From NCBI RefSeq assembly GCF_009834535.1, contig NC_045717.1:26474001-26538000 (forward strand): a stretch of DNA of 64,000 nt, given 5' to 3'. A model generated the notes under the pieces. The model did not search any database. It was not told where the DNA came from and saw only the letters and a program-made list of their open reading frames with translations. Made by a program: the position numbers and the translations under genes. Source of the stretch: Camelus ferus (taxonomy: Eukaryota). Positions 26,601 through 40,800 of the stretch are shown here, one piece after another (the first letter of the stretch is position 1; each line of letters begins with the position of its first letter).

Positions 26601-29512
26601 TGACGGCTACACCAACAGCATCCACACGCTCTCCGTGGGCAGCACCACCCAGCAGGGCCACGTGCCCTGGTACAGTGAGGCTTGCGCCTCCACGCTCACC
26701 ACTACCTTCAGCAGCGGCGTGGCCACAGACCCCCAAATTGTGAGTGCCTGCCCAGTGCCCTCTTGCAGCCGGACCTGCCCACCCCACCTGGCTCCCTGGT
26801 CCCCCGACTTCCCTCCTCCCAGGGCTGCCCTGTGGGCGCCTGACACACAGACTGGGGTCCCAGGGCCAGGCCGCACGGTGGTTGCCCCTTCCACACCCTC
26901 ATGTCTCCCAGGAGGGCAGGCACCCTGTTCAGGGCCCTGAGCCTGCTGTCCTGCTCTGTGGTGCCTCTTGCTTGAAGCCCTTGGGACTTTGTGAACCAGG
27001 CAGGGTTTTCGTGTGCGCTGGCCCCTGAGTCCCTCTCTGTGCCCCCAGGTCACCACAGACCTGCACCACCGGTGCACGGACAAGCACACAGGCACCTCGG
27101 CCTCTGCGCCGCTGGCCGCGGGCATGATCGCCCTGGCTCTGGAGGCCAAGTAGGTGCCAGTAGGGCCCCACATACCGCCTGTGCCCCCCGGCCTGGCCCC
27201 TGCTCACCTGCCTTCACCCCCTCCCAGCCCGTTCTTGACGTGGAGGGACATGCAGCATCTGGTGGTTCGTGCGTCCAGGCCGGCTCATCTCCAGGCTGAG
27301 GACTGGAGGACCAACGGTGTGGGACGCCAAGGTGCGGCAGGACCGGGCGGGGTGGGGGTGCCGAAACCACAGGGCGGTGACAGCTGCCCCCCCCACAGTG
27401 AGCCACCACTACGGCTACGGGCTGCTGGATGCCGGGCTTCTGGTGGGCCTGGCCCGGACGTGGCTGCCCACGCAACCCCAAAAGAAATGCACCGTCCACA
27501 TTGTTCACACTCCCACGTGAGCGCCACCTCTGCCCAGTCCCTGTGCTCACCTGCCATCTCCTTAGCCCTCCCCACGACCCCCTTACCTTCCCCATCTCCC
27601 CAACCCTCCCCCAACACCTACCACATCCCCTGGTCTTCCCCCACCTGCCCAGCCACCCCCTGCCACCTCTCCAGCCCTCCCCCGAGCTACCCAGCCCTCC
27701 CCCCACCTGCCAACTCCCCAACCCTCCCCACACACCTGTCATTACCACCTGGGGCGTGGACACATGGGGGGCAGGCCCTGAGGCCTCAGTTTACCCATTT
27801 GTACAAGGAGAGGGCAAGTCTCATGATCTGAGCCCAGACCCTGACTGCTGGCAGCCCATCCCCCAGCAGGCCAGCAGGAGTGGCCTTCAGTATTGACACG
27901 GACACCGACCCCGACACCGACACTGAAGTTGCGGCCCCCAGCCCCATCCTGCAGCAGATGCATGTGAGGAAGAACGTGTCGGCCTGCGCCGGCCAGGCCA
28001 ACTACATCCGCTCACTGGAGCACGTGCAGGTGCAGCTGTCCCTGTCCTACAGCCGCCGTGGGGACCTGGAAATCTCACTCACCAGCCCCATGGGCACCCG
28101 CTCTACGCTCGTGGCCATCAGGTGCGGGCCCAGGGCTGGTCTCCCCTTCCTGAGCGACCCCACTTGGAGGGGCCAACCGCAAAGTGGACCCCACCCCTGC
28201 CTGCGGGGGCTGGTCCCTTGCCAGCATGTGGCACCACAGTCAGACACTTCCTGTGCTCAGCGCCCTGCAGGACTGTGGTTCTGAGCCCCTCCCCACCTCC
28301 ACCTTCCTGTCTGTCCCAGACCCTTGGATGCCAGCGGCCAAGGCTACAACAGCTGGATCTTCATGTCCACCCACTTCTGGGATGAGGACCCACGGGGCTC
28401 GTGGACCCTGGGCCTGGAGAACAAGGGCTACTACTTCAACACAGGTGACAGCCGCACGCGGGCTGTGGCTGGCCCCCACCCGCCCCGAGCCCTGGGGCCA
28501 GCCTCCTGAACCCTGCACAGGGGCTCCCAGTGGTCTCCTCGGAGAGACTAAGCAGGCACGTCTGGTGCATAGTGGGTGTTCACTTACCAGCCCGCAGCAG
28601 GTGTTCAGGTGCTAGGGAGCAATGGGTGTCCACAGCGTGCAGACGGTGCCAGGCGGCCCGGGGCACCGTCTGAGTCTGCGGATCTGGGATGGAGTGGGGG
28701 TGGCAGGGGTAGGGGGCCCAGAATGGCAGGACCAGGCTGCCAACAGTCTCTCCCCCTCCTTTCGGTGCCCACCGCGACCCCTGCCCAGGGACGCTGTACC
28801 GCTACACTCTGCTCCTCTACGGGACGGCCGAGGATATGACGGCACGGCCCCCAGGCCCCCAGGTGACCAGCAGCGCGTGTGTGCAGCGGGACACGGAGGG
28901 GCTGTGCCAGGGTGAGTGCCCGGCGCGGCAGGGCCCGCCCGCTGGGAGGTGGCGGGCAGTGTGCGTGTGCAGCCCGGGGTGGCAGGCAGGCTGCGGCAGT
29001 GGGTCATGGCCTCACAGCCCTGTGGACGTGTCTCTTGTGCAGAATGCCACAGCCCTGCCTACATCCTGGGCCACCTCTGCCTCTCCCACTGCCCGCCGAG
29101 GTACTTCAACCACACGCAGCAGGCGGTGACTGCTGGGCCTGGAGGCCTGGACGCCCCTGCCCTGCAGATGTGCTCCAGCTGCCACTCATCCTGCTACACC
29201 TGCCGCGGCAGCTCCCCGCTGGACTGCACCTCCTGCCCGCCGCCATCCACGCTGGATGAGCAGCGGGGCTCCTGCTCCGGACCTGCCCCCACCAAGGGCC
29301 ACTCCCAGCCCACCGTGACTGCCTGCGCCCGCTGCCATGGGCGAGCCCTGGCCCTGGTGCTGGCCCTGCTGGCCGTGGCCTTCGGGAACTCCCTCCTCTG
29401 CAGCATCCTTCTCGCGGGCTGCCTGCTGCTGTGTGTCGGACCTGCCAGCAGTGGGGGCCACCCCGGTCACCACTCCAGGCCCCACTGCAGGCTGAAACCC
29501 AGAGATGTCTGA
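23679..29512 (+). CDS. PCSK4: Proprotein convertase subtilisin/kexin type 4 (PC4), 15 exons, 764 aa
   Basis: Exons 23679-23873, 24154-24258, 25430-25522, 25596-25724, 25805-25881, 25978-26066, 26268-26440, 26527-26739, 27049-27149, 27228-27331, 27399-27516, 27942-28121, 28320-28444, 28789-28911, 29043-29512. Sum is 2295 nt, in frame. Signal peptide, RVKR prodomain site, catalytic LDDG / HGTRCAGE / GTSAS, oxyanion SGNGG, P-domain RRGDL, Cys-rich region and hydrophobic C-terminal segment are all present. Confidence 0.96.
24645..24734. repeat. 35-bp direct repeat at 55-bp spacing inside an L2-like remnant in PCSK4 intron 2
   Basis: GAGTGAGACAGCCACTGTGGGTGCAGCAGAGGAAG twice (24645, 24700). Confidence 0.85.
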
Positions 29513-29852
29513 CTAGGAGAGCCAGCGTGCGCCTCAGCCCAGCCCTGATGGGCACCACTGTCCTGCTGCCCGGACCGGCACCCTGTGGGAACCTGTCCCT
29601 GAAAGGCCCTGGCTGCCACTGAGGCCCACAGGCCAGAGGCGGGGGTGTGGGGTTGGGCTCAGCAGGTCCAGGTGGAAGGGAAAAAGAGAGCCAGAAGTCT
29701 AGTTGCACCGTTCAGGTGGGGTGGGGGTGAGATAGGCCAGAGGCAGGTGGGCGACCACCCTCCCTTCCTCCCTGGTCCCAGAATGGGGAAAGGTGGGGAG
29801 AACACACGACAACATCCAGAGTCTCAGGTACCGCGTCCCACTGGAGTTGGCA

Positions 29853-29858
29853 AATAAA
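29853..29858 (+). terminator. PCSK4: Polyadenylation signal AATAAA of PCSK4
   Basis: First AATAAA I found downstream of the PCSK4 stop codon, about 340 nt after it. Confidence 0.75.
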
Positions 29859-30809
29859 GGTTGAATAGGAAGTGCAGGTCTTGTGGGCTCCTTTGGGGCA
29901 TCGGCCTCTTCTTCACGGCATGGTTGGTGGTTCCCCCACATCTCACATGGAAACCATCTTCCCCCCAGTGTCAGTCTCTGGAGGACCCAGGAGCCCACAA
30001 AGGAAAAGGGGTCAGTGGGGCCCAGAGTCCCAGCCGTGGAGGGCCGGGCAGGGCAGGGTCCCCAGGGAGTAACCCCACCCACGTGCTGTAAGGCCTCTGA
30101 GTCCCAGGACTCCCTCTGCCACTGCTCTAAGCCCTCCTCCATCCTTGTGAGTGAGTTTCTCTGGAACTCCGGGAACTAACAGAGTGTGATTCGCAAATGA
30201 CAATTCACACGGCCTTCTACCCCTGCTGGCCGTCAACGGTTCCCCATCTTTGTACATTTTCTCCATTCTTCGAGGTCCTTGGGAGGCTGCTTGGACCATG
30301 GCTAGGGGTACATGGCTCTCATCACTCCCTCCCCCCACCCCAGCCTCAACTTCCCCATCTGGAAATTGGGTTCTCCACCTCTCTAGGACAGAAAGAGGAT
30401 CCTGAGGTACAGGAAGGGGGCAGTGGGAAAGGGTGTGGACAGAGCTATTAAGAGTCCCTCCTCTGTCCTCGCACCAGTGGGGTGGGGACTCGTCTGTCCT
30501 GATTTTCAGAGTAGGGAGGCTGGTTGTGCCTCACCCATGGACTCCCAGAAGCAGTCCTGGGTTGTTGCAGGAGCCCCAGGGTCCACCCCCTCCAGTGGCC
30601 CTGGGCATCTGGGGATCTGCTCTGCCACCAGGCTCATTTTGTCCAGTCTCAAGCCTTGAACAGAATGAGGCTCTGGCTTCCTCCTCAGAGCCTTGGTGGC
30701 TGCACCTGTGCGACAGCATTAAGCCTCACCTAACACTCCCGGGGATCAGGCTCAAATGAGGTCATTTTCCCATCTGCCCCACAGTAAGCACCACAAACAT
30801 GCCAGAAAC

Positions 30810-31365
30810 AGACAGTTCCACAGACAATTAAACAGAGAGTTACCTTGTGCACCAGAAATTCTGCTCCCAGGTATGTACCTAAGGAAACCAAAAACACAGT
30901 TGCACAAAAACCTGTGCAGGGATGCTCACAGCAGCCTGTAGCAGCCAAAATGTGGAAACAGCCCAAATGTCCGTGGACAGGTGAATGAATAAACAACGCA
31001 ATATGGTCCCTCCACACGTGTGAACGTCACTCAGCCATGAATAGGAGAGAAGAACTGACACCCATTACCTCATGGATGAAAACTCACAATGCGATGCTCA
31101 GTGAGAGAAGCAGACACAGAAGGACACACAGTGTGTGACTCCATTTATGTGAAACGTCCAGAACAGGCCAGTCCACAGAGTGTGTTAGAGGGTACCAGGG
31201 GCTGAGGAGGGGTGACTGCTGATGGGGATGGGGCTTCCTTTTGGGAATGGTCTGGAGTTAGACTGCGGGCATGGTTGCACAAGGTGCAACTCTTTCTTTC
31301 CCTCTCCCCAAAACATTGAGTTGTACACTTTAAACAGGTGGACTTTATGGTATGTAAATTACTTT
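30810..31365 (+). mobile_element. Old L1MB-like 3' end fragment
   Basis: GCCCAAATGTCC..GAATGAATAAAC, ACTCCATTTATGTGAAACGTCCAGAACAGGC, GAGTTGTACACTTTAAA. Confidence 0.8.
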
Positions 31366-31849
31366 TTAAACATAAGTCGAAGTACCGTTGATTTACAATG
31401 TTGTGTGTAAATTACTTTTTATAAGCTGCTTAAAAACACAAAAACTTCCCTCTGCTCTGAGCCAGTCTTCCCATCCTAGCCAAGAGGGGAGGGGCCAACA
31501 TCACCGTCCAGCGACGCCCCACCTTGGTGGGGAGGGGGTTTTAGAGATGGGAGAGGTGGCCATGACTGGGGTGTGGGAGGGAGATGCTGACCCGAGTCCT
31601 GTGTCCCAGGCCACCTCGCTGGAGAGTGGCGCAGTGGGCTTTCACTGAGCGCTCCCTGTGCGCCGGCCACGTGGCCTGAGCCTGCACAGTAACTGTCCCA
31701 TGGCAGCCACGTGGGTTGAGGGTCGTGTCCCACTCTGCACAGAGCCAGGACTCGGATGCCTTGTTAGGCAGCGAGAAGAGCGGGGAACGGACCCTACGCC
31801 CACCCCTTGGGTTTCCAGGCCCAGAACTGGGAGGCTGAAGTCGTGTCCT

Positions 31850-33906
<2,057 letters not shown>

Positions 33907-35460
33907 CCTGGCCCCCAGGCTCGGCAGAACCTTGGGTCCTCCCCTGAACACCTGACCAGCACACCTCAGACATGAGCCCTGGGTCCCAGAAGCAGGTTCT
34001 GCATTTCCCTTCTCCCGTGGCCTAGGCACGTCTCCCTGACACCAGAGACCCCAGGGGACGCAGCTTGCCCAGGGTGTGTGGCTGCGGCAGGGGCAGTGGG
34101 CTTCAGCTGGTCGGGCCCCTCTCTGAGGGTGGGTCTGGGGCGCACACATGTCCTTCACCCCAGAGCTTCTCTCCTGGGGCCCAATAGCCGTGGAGCCTGG
34201 ACTGGACTTCCTGTGGGCCCAGTACCTGAGGGCCGGTCCAGCCTTCCTCCCCTCCTTCCCCTCGGGCACCCTGCTTCACTGATCACCCATTCAGCTGAGC
34301 TGGCAGAACCCACCCCTCTGGTTCTGGTATATGAACTGGGGGCCCCCAGAGATTCCGGGAGAGGATGGGGGAGTTCAGTCTCCTCCCCTGCCCATGGTGG
34401 CCCTGGTTGTGAGGAGCAATGGCCCTGCGGGGCCCAGATCTGAGATGAGCCCTAGGGACTGGGTAGCACTCTTCGGGGCCCCGGGCACCCCATCTAAGGC
34501 GTGGGCACTCCCTCAGGGCAGACACTTGTCTGTCCGTCAACTGCAGGATTCTGTCTTATGGGGCGCGAGGCCTGGGCTCCCATGAGAGGATGGGATGGTC
34601 AGTTGCTTGCCCGGAGCCCTCACCTCACTGCCCCCACTCCTTGCACACTCCACCTGTGGGCAGGTGGGCGGTGGGGCAGGAAAGAATCTTGAAAAGGGCA
34701 TTCACCCTAAAACAAATCCCATGAAGACCAGAGAAGCAGTGGATCTGTGGGAGGTGGCCCCGGGGCCAGGCCTGTGGTGGACAACCCCACTGAGCCCCTC
34801 AGGTGAAATCCCCATGTCTGGTCGCCTGAATGGTGCCTCTGTGAGCCAGTCCTTTCTCGGGTTCCTTGGAAGCTTGGGGCAGCACTGGGCCCCACCACGG
34901 CAGAGCCCTCAGATGGGAGACGCTACACGCCCCAGGAGGTGTTGCTCTTTCCCTAAAGAAAGGGTGCCTGCTCAACCCTGAGAGACTCCCCAGAAAAGGA
35001 AACATGACCTGGGGTGCACAGGTGTTCGCACAGGGCAGGACTGGCTCTGGTTGCAGCTGCAGGTGCCAGGCTGCCTCGTCCAGAGTCAGTTTGCTATCAG
35101 CTGGCCCTTGGTTGGGGTGCATCACCCCTCCCTGCCCGGCCCCATCTCTGGGTGAGGACCCCTGTCTTTGGGACACTATTTACTCTCTGGAGCCCCTCAG
35201 GGTCAGGTCACTCCGCTGACCTCCTCCCCAGACCCGTCCCCCTGTGCCTGGCATGGGTGCTCTCCCTAAACCCCGGCCCGGCTCTGGGCTCTGCCCTACC
35301 ATCCTCGCTCTTCTGGGGAGCAGGGTTCTGCAGGCAGCATTGGACCTGGGGCGGGTTTGGCCAGGCGGAAAGGCCTGTGAATTACCCCTCCTGACCCTTG
35401 TCCCAGCCACGCCATCTCAGGGCAGCACCACGGGCAGTGTGGAGTGCGATCTGACAGCTG

Positions 35461-35469
35461 TTTATTAAA
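35461..35469. terminator. Overlapping poly(A) signals: ATTAAA on + (35464-35469, C19orf25) and AATAAA on - (35461-35466, APC2)
   Basis: Sequence TTTATTAAA between the two convergent stop codons. Confidence 0.7.
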
Positions 35470-37894
35470 GGTGCGCGTGAGACGCCTGGTTCCACAGCCT
35501 CCTACCAGATGATGGCTTTACAGTTGGTGGGGGGACAGGCGGGGCTGTATGTACAGGGAGCTGAGTGTGTACGCTGGGGAGGCCCAGGACTGAATGGAGA
35601 CACGGGTGCAGGGGATGAACCACGGCAGCTCGGCTCGGGCTGCAGCCGGCTGGGCGGTGTGGGTGAGGTAATGCTGAGAATTCAGCACCCAGCTCGGGGT
35701 GTCCATCTGCCCCTGGGCTGAGGTCCCCAGCTTGGGTGCCCCGTGTCCCCTTGACAGGTGGCCAGGTGGCCAAGCAGCGTCCTGAGGGGTCAGGGCTTGA
35801 CGGGCAGCATTTGGATCATCAGACTTCAGTCCCCCAGCTCTGGCCTCAGGTTGATTGTTCAGTGACTGCCAGAGCTGTCTTCTCCAGGAATCTGCTCTGC
35901 CCAGGCCCCTGGGCCCCCACTGCCGTGGGTGGAGAAGGTAGAAGTGGCTGCTGGACGAGGATGAGCGGGCCCTGCCTGTGGAGAGAATGCCCAGGGCCGG
36001 ACAGAGGGCAGGCAGAGGGGCAGCCGGGGAGGGTCCTCTGCCACCAGTCGCGCCACAGCTCTGCTTGCCTGAGAGGTAGCTCTGGGAGGTCTCCCCACGG
36101 CCCACGCAGGGAGACAGGCACACAGCGGCGAGAGCACTGCTCTGGGTCTCATGGTGTGGGGCTTGCCCCACCCCACCCCCACAGCCGGGTCAGCTGGGGT
36201 GGGGACCCATTTCAAGGGGGAGACTGGCTGTAGCCCCCAAGTCTGGGAAGCCTGGAAGACCACCTGGCCCTGCCGTGACGCTGCTGATGGGGACAGGAAC
36301 CGTGGTTTCTGAGTTTGGCCTGGAGCCCCCAGGTCCAGTGCCCTCTGCTGCCTGCCGGCTCCCCGGGGAGACTCCCCAGTGGCCCCCACTGTGGGCGCCA
36401 TCAAAGAAGGAGCATTTGGTGCAGTCCGCAGCCCTTCTGGTCCTGTGTCCTGTTCTGGCCCCTCAGGCAGAGCCCTGGAGTCTGTCCTGCAGGACGGGGT
36501 GTTGCAGGAGGGGACGCAGCGTGGTCCATGTGCGCTCTAAGCGGCGGCAGCAGCATAGTGTCCGAGGGACGGGACAGCGGTGCCCGTGGGTGGAGACGGC
36601 TCCTTCGGCACCTCTTGACTCAACCCCATGTCCTTTCCTCCCAGAGAAAGGACGTTGGCCCCCAGCCCCCAGGAGCAGCTCTGTGGGGCCGCTGTGATGG
36701 CAGACCCGCGGGCCCAGAGCAGCTCCGGCGCAGAGCCAGGCTCTGCAGGGAAGAGGTCATCAGCTCTTCCTACAGAAGGTGTGCTTGGGTGGAGAAGGAT
36801 CACACACCTGCCTTGGGGTGCGGCCTCTCCTGGCCTCCAGGCCTGCTGTCCACCTCCCTGCCTTGGCTGGTACCAGCTCTCTAGCATCTGTCGGCTGTGG
36901 TTCCAGGGCTCCAGGTCCTACAGTCCGAAGGCTGGGCGCAGGCTCCGCCTTGGATCCCACAGCCACGCTATCCCACAGGGAGGAGCCCCAGACCCAGGGC
37001 TCCTCACCTTGGAAAGGAGAATAAGATTGAAAAAGGAAAGACCAGTGGCTGGGCAGGTGTCTGCCGGGACCTCCTCTCCTGGGTTGCAGTCCTGCTGGGG
37101 TCACAGCTGACTCTCCTTGGCCCCCTCCCGTTGGTACCTTGCCCACCAGGGCATCTTGACCGACCTCGCCTGCCCAGGTCAGCCAGAGCCCACCCATTGT
37201 CCACACACCCCCCTCTGCTTGTTCCTTACCAGTTGCAGGGGTGCCCTGGGTCGCGACCGCACTCCCCCAACCCCCACCTTCAGTCTCCAGGCTCCCTACT
37301 TGTCTCTGTCTGGGGCAGGGTCTGCCTTTCTGTTGGGCTCAGCTGCACCCCTCTCCACACCCCCAGCTGGGGCTGAGAAGGCAAACAAACCAGCTGAGCC
37401 ATTATTAACAAATTACGGCCCTGCCTGTAATTACAGGCTTCCTCCTGTGCCTGCATTGCCGCAGCCCCCAGCTGGCAGGCTCCCGCTGGTGCCACCCTCC
37501 CCAGCCCTGTCCCCCACCTCAGCGGGCACCGTTACCCCCTTGCAGCTCCCGAGGTTGGGGAGGGGAGTGTCATGCTGATCCTTGGCCCAGCAGGGCTGGG
37601 AGCCCTGGAGGGCACTGCTGAGGACAGCCCCAGCTAGAAGGGTGGTCCACCGTGGGACCACCTCTAGCAGGGACTTGAGGTCCAGCCTGCCGCTCATTTT
37701 CCTCCCGTAGTGCCCACCCCTCTCCCCGGCACAGAAGCAAGCGTCTACGTGTGAGTTGTGAGGCCCATGTGGGCAGGGGTGAGGCTCAGAGGGCGGGCAA
37801 CTGGGTGGGCAGGCAGGCCCTGGGACCACCCTCGGGGCCTCCAGACCGCTTTGGGCCGGGAGAGGATGTTCTGGAAAGCCAGCTCTGGCGGCCA

Positions 37895-40800
37895 CTATTC
37901 CAGGAGGCTGGTGGGGATGGGGACAGGGGCTTTCTCCACGGCAGAGTCAGCGGTGGCTGCCACCATGGGGCTGGGCACATAATTGAAGGGGGGAACCCGG
38001 GCTGAGCGGCTGGGGGAGCCATGCCGGCTGGTAGGAAAGCCCCCTGCAGCCACCCCTAGGCCCTCGTGGACAAAGGGGGTAGGGGTGGGCGCCTTGGCAG
38101 GGCTGGGCCCGTCCACGTCGCTGCCAAGGAGGGAGGTGGGGCCGCCGGCTATGGTCTGGGGAGGCTCCCTGCTCTCCAGGCTTGGAGATGTGCTGGAGTT
38201 GGTCTTGGTGGCAGCGAAGTCCTCTGTCTGGACCACAGCGTCACTGGTCTTGCGCTGCGGTGGGCCAGCCGGGCCCTCCTCGGGCGAGGAGCCCATCAGG
38301 GGCAGGGCGGTGGCAGGCAGCGTGCTCCGCAGGATGTGCGGGACATCTTCGTCCCGGATGCGACGCCACGTGGTACCCGGCGCAGCCACCCTGGGCAGCG
38401 GCCGGGCCTCCCCGTCACTGCTGCGGCGGGCCGGGTCAGCCGCGGGCCTGGGGGCGGCGCTGTTGGGCCTGGGGGCCGTGCTGATGTGGGGAAGAGAAGC
38501 GTAGCGCTTGACCGTCTCGGGCCGGGCCGCTGGTGTGCGGACAGGCAGGCGCGATGGGCTCTCGGAGCTGGTGCGCCGGGGCGGCCTCTCGCAGGGGCTG
38601 GCCCGGGCTGCGGGGAGCTGCTGTGGGGCCGGGGCCTGCTGGGGGGGCGCCCGCAGCTCGTCGCAGCGCGAGGAGCAGAGGAAGACGGCAGGCAGCGCAG
38701 GCCGGCCACGGCGGGGCGAGCCGGCCTGGGCAGCAGGGGTGGTGGCCTTGGCCGAGGACAGTTCAGAGCGGCGTCGGCGCAGCAGGCCTGGTGACTCCTT
38801 GATGAAGGTCAGCTGCCGCCGGAAGCCCGAGCGGTCGGAGGACTCGCTGCCGCTGGAGCGGGCGGAGGCCACGCGCACCAGGCCCAGGCGGCCCCCTCGG
38901 GTGCCCGGGCCCACCTCGGCCCCTGCCCGGCCTCTGGGACCGGGTTCTGGGGCCGCCCTGGCCAGGGGTGGCGGCCCCCGCCCGGCAGGCCTCTGCATGA
39001 AGGGGATCCTCACCGGCGACTTCTGTGTCTTGTGCTGCTTTGCCAGCAGGGCCCGTGCGGGGGTCTTGGGCACCGGAGCGGCCCCAGGGCCAGGCAGGGG
39101 CCCCCCAGCCTGGGTGGCTGGGAGCGACCTCCTGGGCAGAGGCTGGGAGGCAGGGGAGGTCTGAGAGGAGCTCGATGAGGGGGTCTTGGCCAGGCGAGCG
39201 GGCGGTGTGGCGCTCCTCTGAGGGGGGCTCAGTGCCGCCAGCTCCGAGGTCTTGCCAGGCCGGTGCAGGCTCCGAGACCGCTGCTGCCCGGGGCCGAGGG
39301 CTTTGGCTGGAGCTGCTGGCTGCACGGGGCTTGGGGCTCCCATCTTTCTTGGCACAGTGCGGGGGCCGGGGGCACCTTTGGGCTGAGCTCGGGCTGCTGG
39401 GCTGGGCATGTAGATAACCGTCCGTCCCCTGAGCACGGCTGGCACCCTGGATGCAGTCTTCTGAGCGCCACGTGGCTTCTCCGGGCCACCGCTGCGCTGG
39501 GCCAAGGCCACGTCCTGTTTTTCTGGCCGCACAGCACTGCTTGCTTGGCCTTCTGCCCTTGGGCGTCGCCCCTTCCCATGCAAGGTGGGCTGCAGGGTGG
39601 AGCCCACTGATAGCCCCGACGTGAAGGACAGGATGGAGTCAGATTCGGACGAGGCTTCGCGGGTGGCTGCCGCGGCCGCCTGGTGCAGCCACGTGACGAT
39701 GGAATTGGCGCCCTCCTGGATGGCTCGCCACTCGACGCTGTCCAGGTCTGAGGCATGGTCTGAGCCTGCCGCCTCCTCGCTATGCTCCTGGTGCACCTCT
39801 GCCGGCTGCTCCTCTGGTCGCGCAGCTCGGGGCTGGCGATGCCGCGGGCCGGGGGCCTGGGGCCGGCGTCTGGGCATGGCTGAGCCGATGCAGCGCCGCA
39901 GCAGCTCTGCCTCGGCCCGCGGGCTGGGGGAGCTGTCCTGCCCACCCTTGGTAGCCACTGGCTCAGGGGCTCGGGGCCGGCCGGCTGTGCGCCCGGAGGG
40001 CTCAGGCTCACTGAGGGAGCTGGCCGAGGAGCTCAGGGAGTAGCATGGGGGCGTCTCGTCAGCAATGAGGCTGGGCTGGGCCCTGGCGGGCGGCGCGGCC
40101 GTGGGCATGGCCTTGGGTGCGACCTGTGCCTCCTTCCTGCCACCAGCCAGGCGCTCCCTCTTCACCGCCCGGGGGATGGCGGATACCCGCCGTGGGGGCG
40201 CCACCGCCACTGCTGTGGGTGGCTCCTCGTCCGAGTCGTTGCCACAGAAGCAGTACACCGCCTCCTCGGTGGGTGTCGTGAGGCACAGAGACTGCAGGGC
40301 CCCATCCCCACGTGCCCGACCTGGGCGCGAGCTTTCCCTGTCCCCGCAGGTGCTCGGGGGCCTGCGGAGGGGCAGCTCCAGCCCCGCCCGGCTCCTGCCA
40401 GCCCCTCGGGGCTGCTCTGTTTTCCGGCCCATACCTCCTGCCCTGTGCTGGTGTCCTGCAGGCTGCTTTGTGGGGGTGGTGCGGCCTGCGGGCTTCTGGC
40501 CATCTGCACGCCCGCCGTCCCTGTGTGGTCCCTGCAGCGTCTCATCGCTGAGCGAGGCGGCACTGGAGAAGTTGACCGGCGTGCCCTCGGCCGAGTCAGT
40601 GCAGGAGTCATCCTCCCGGGCCGGGGCAGGCACCAGCATGTAGACCGGTACAGGCAGTGCACGGCGGCCAGGCACTAATGCGGAGGCCACCTTGCGGAGC
40701 CGGGCAGGCACGGCTGCACCAAGACAGTCACGCAGCCGCTCCAGCTCCTGGTCAGTGGATGTCGGCCCCTCGAGGCGAACACCAGCCTCGTCCAGCCGGC

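Noticed and set aside
29400-29512. PCSK4 C-terminal tail seems to be in a different frame from recalled human ATPTKPQVWLPAGT
   Set aside because: The tail is poorly conserved among mammals and my recall of the human nucleotide sequence is too weak to call a frameshift. The ORF is open and terminates normally.
30990-31200. Strong similarity to 48600-48760 (CAGACACAGAAGGACACACAG..ACGTCCAGAACAGGCCAGTCC)
   Set aside because: Both are 3' ends of the same old L1MB-like family, not a local duplication.
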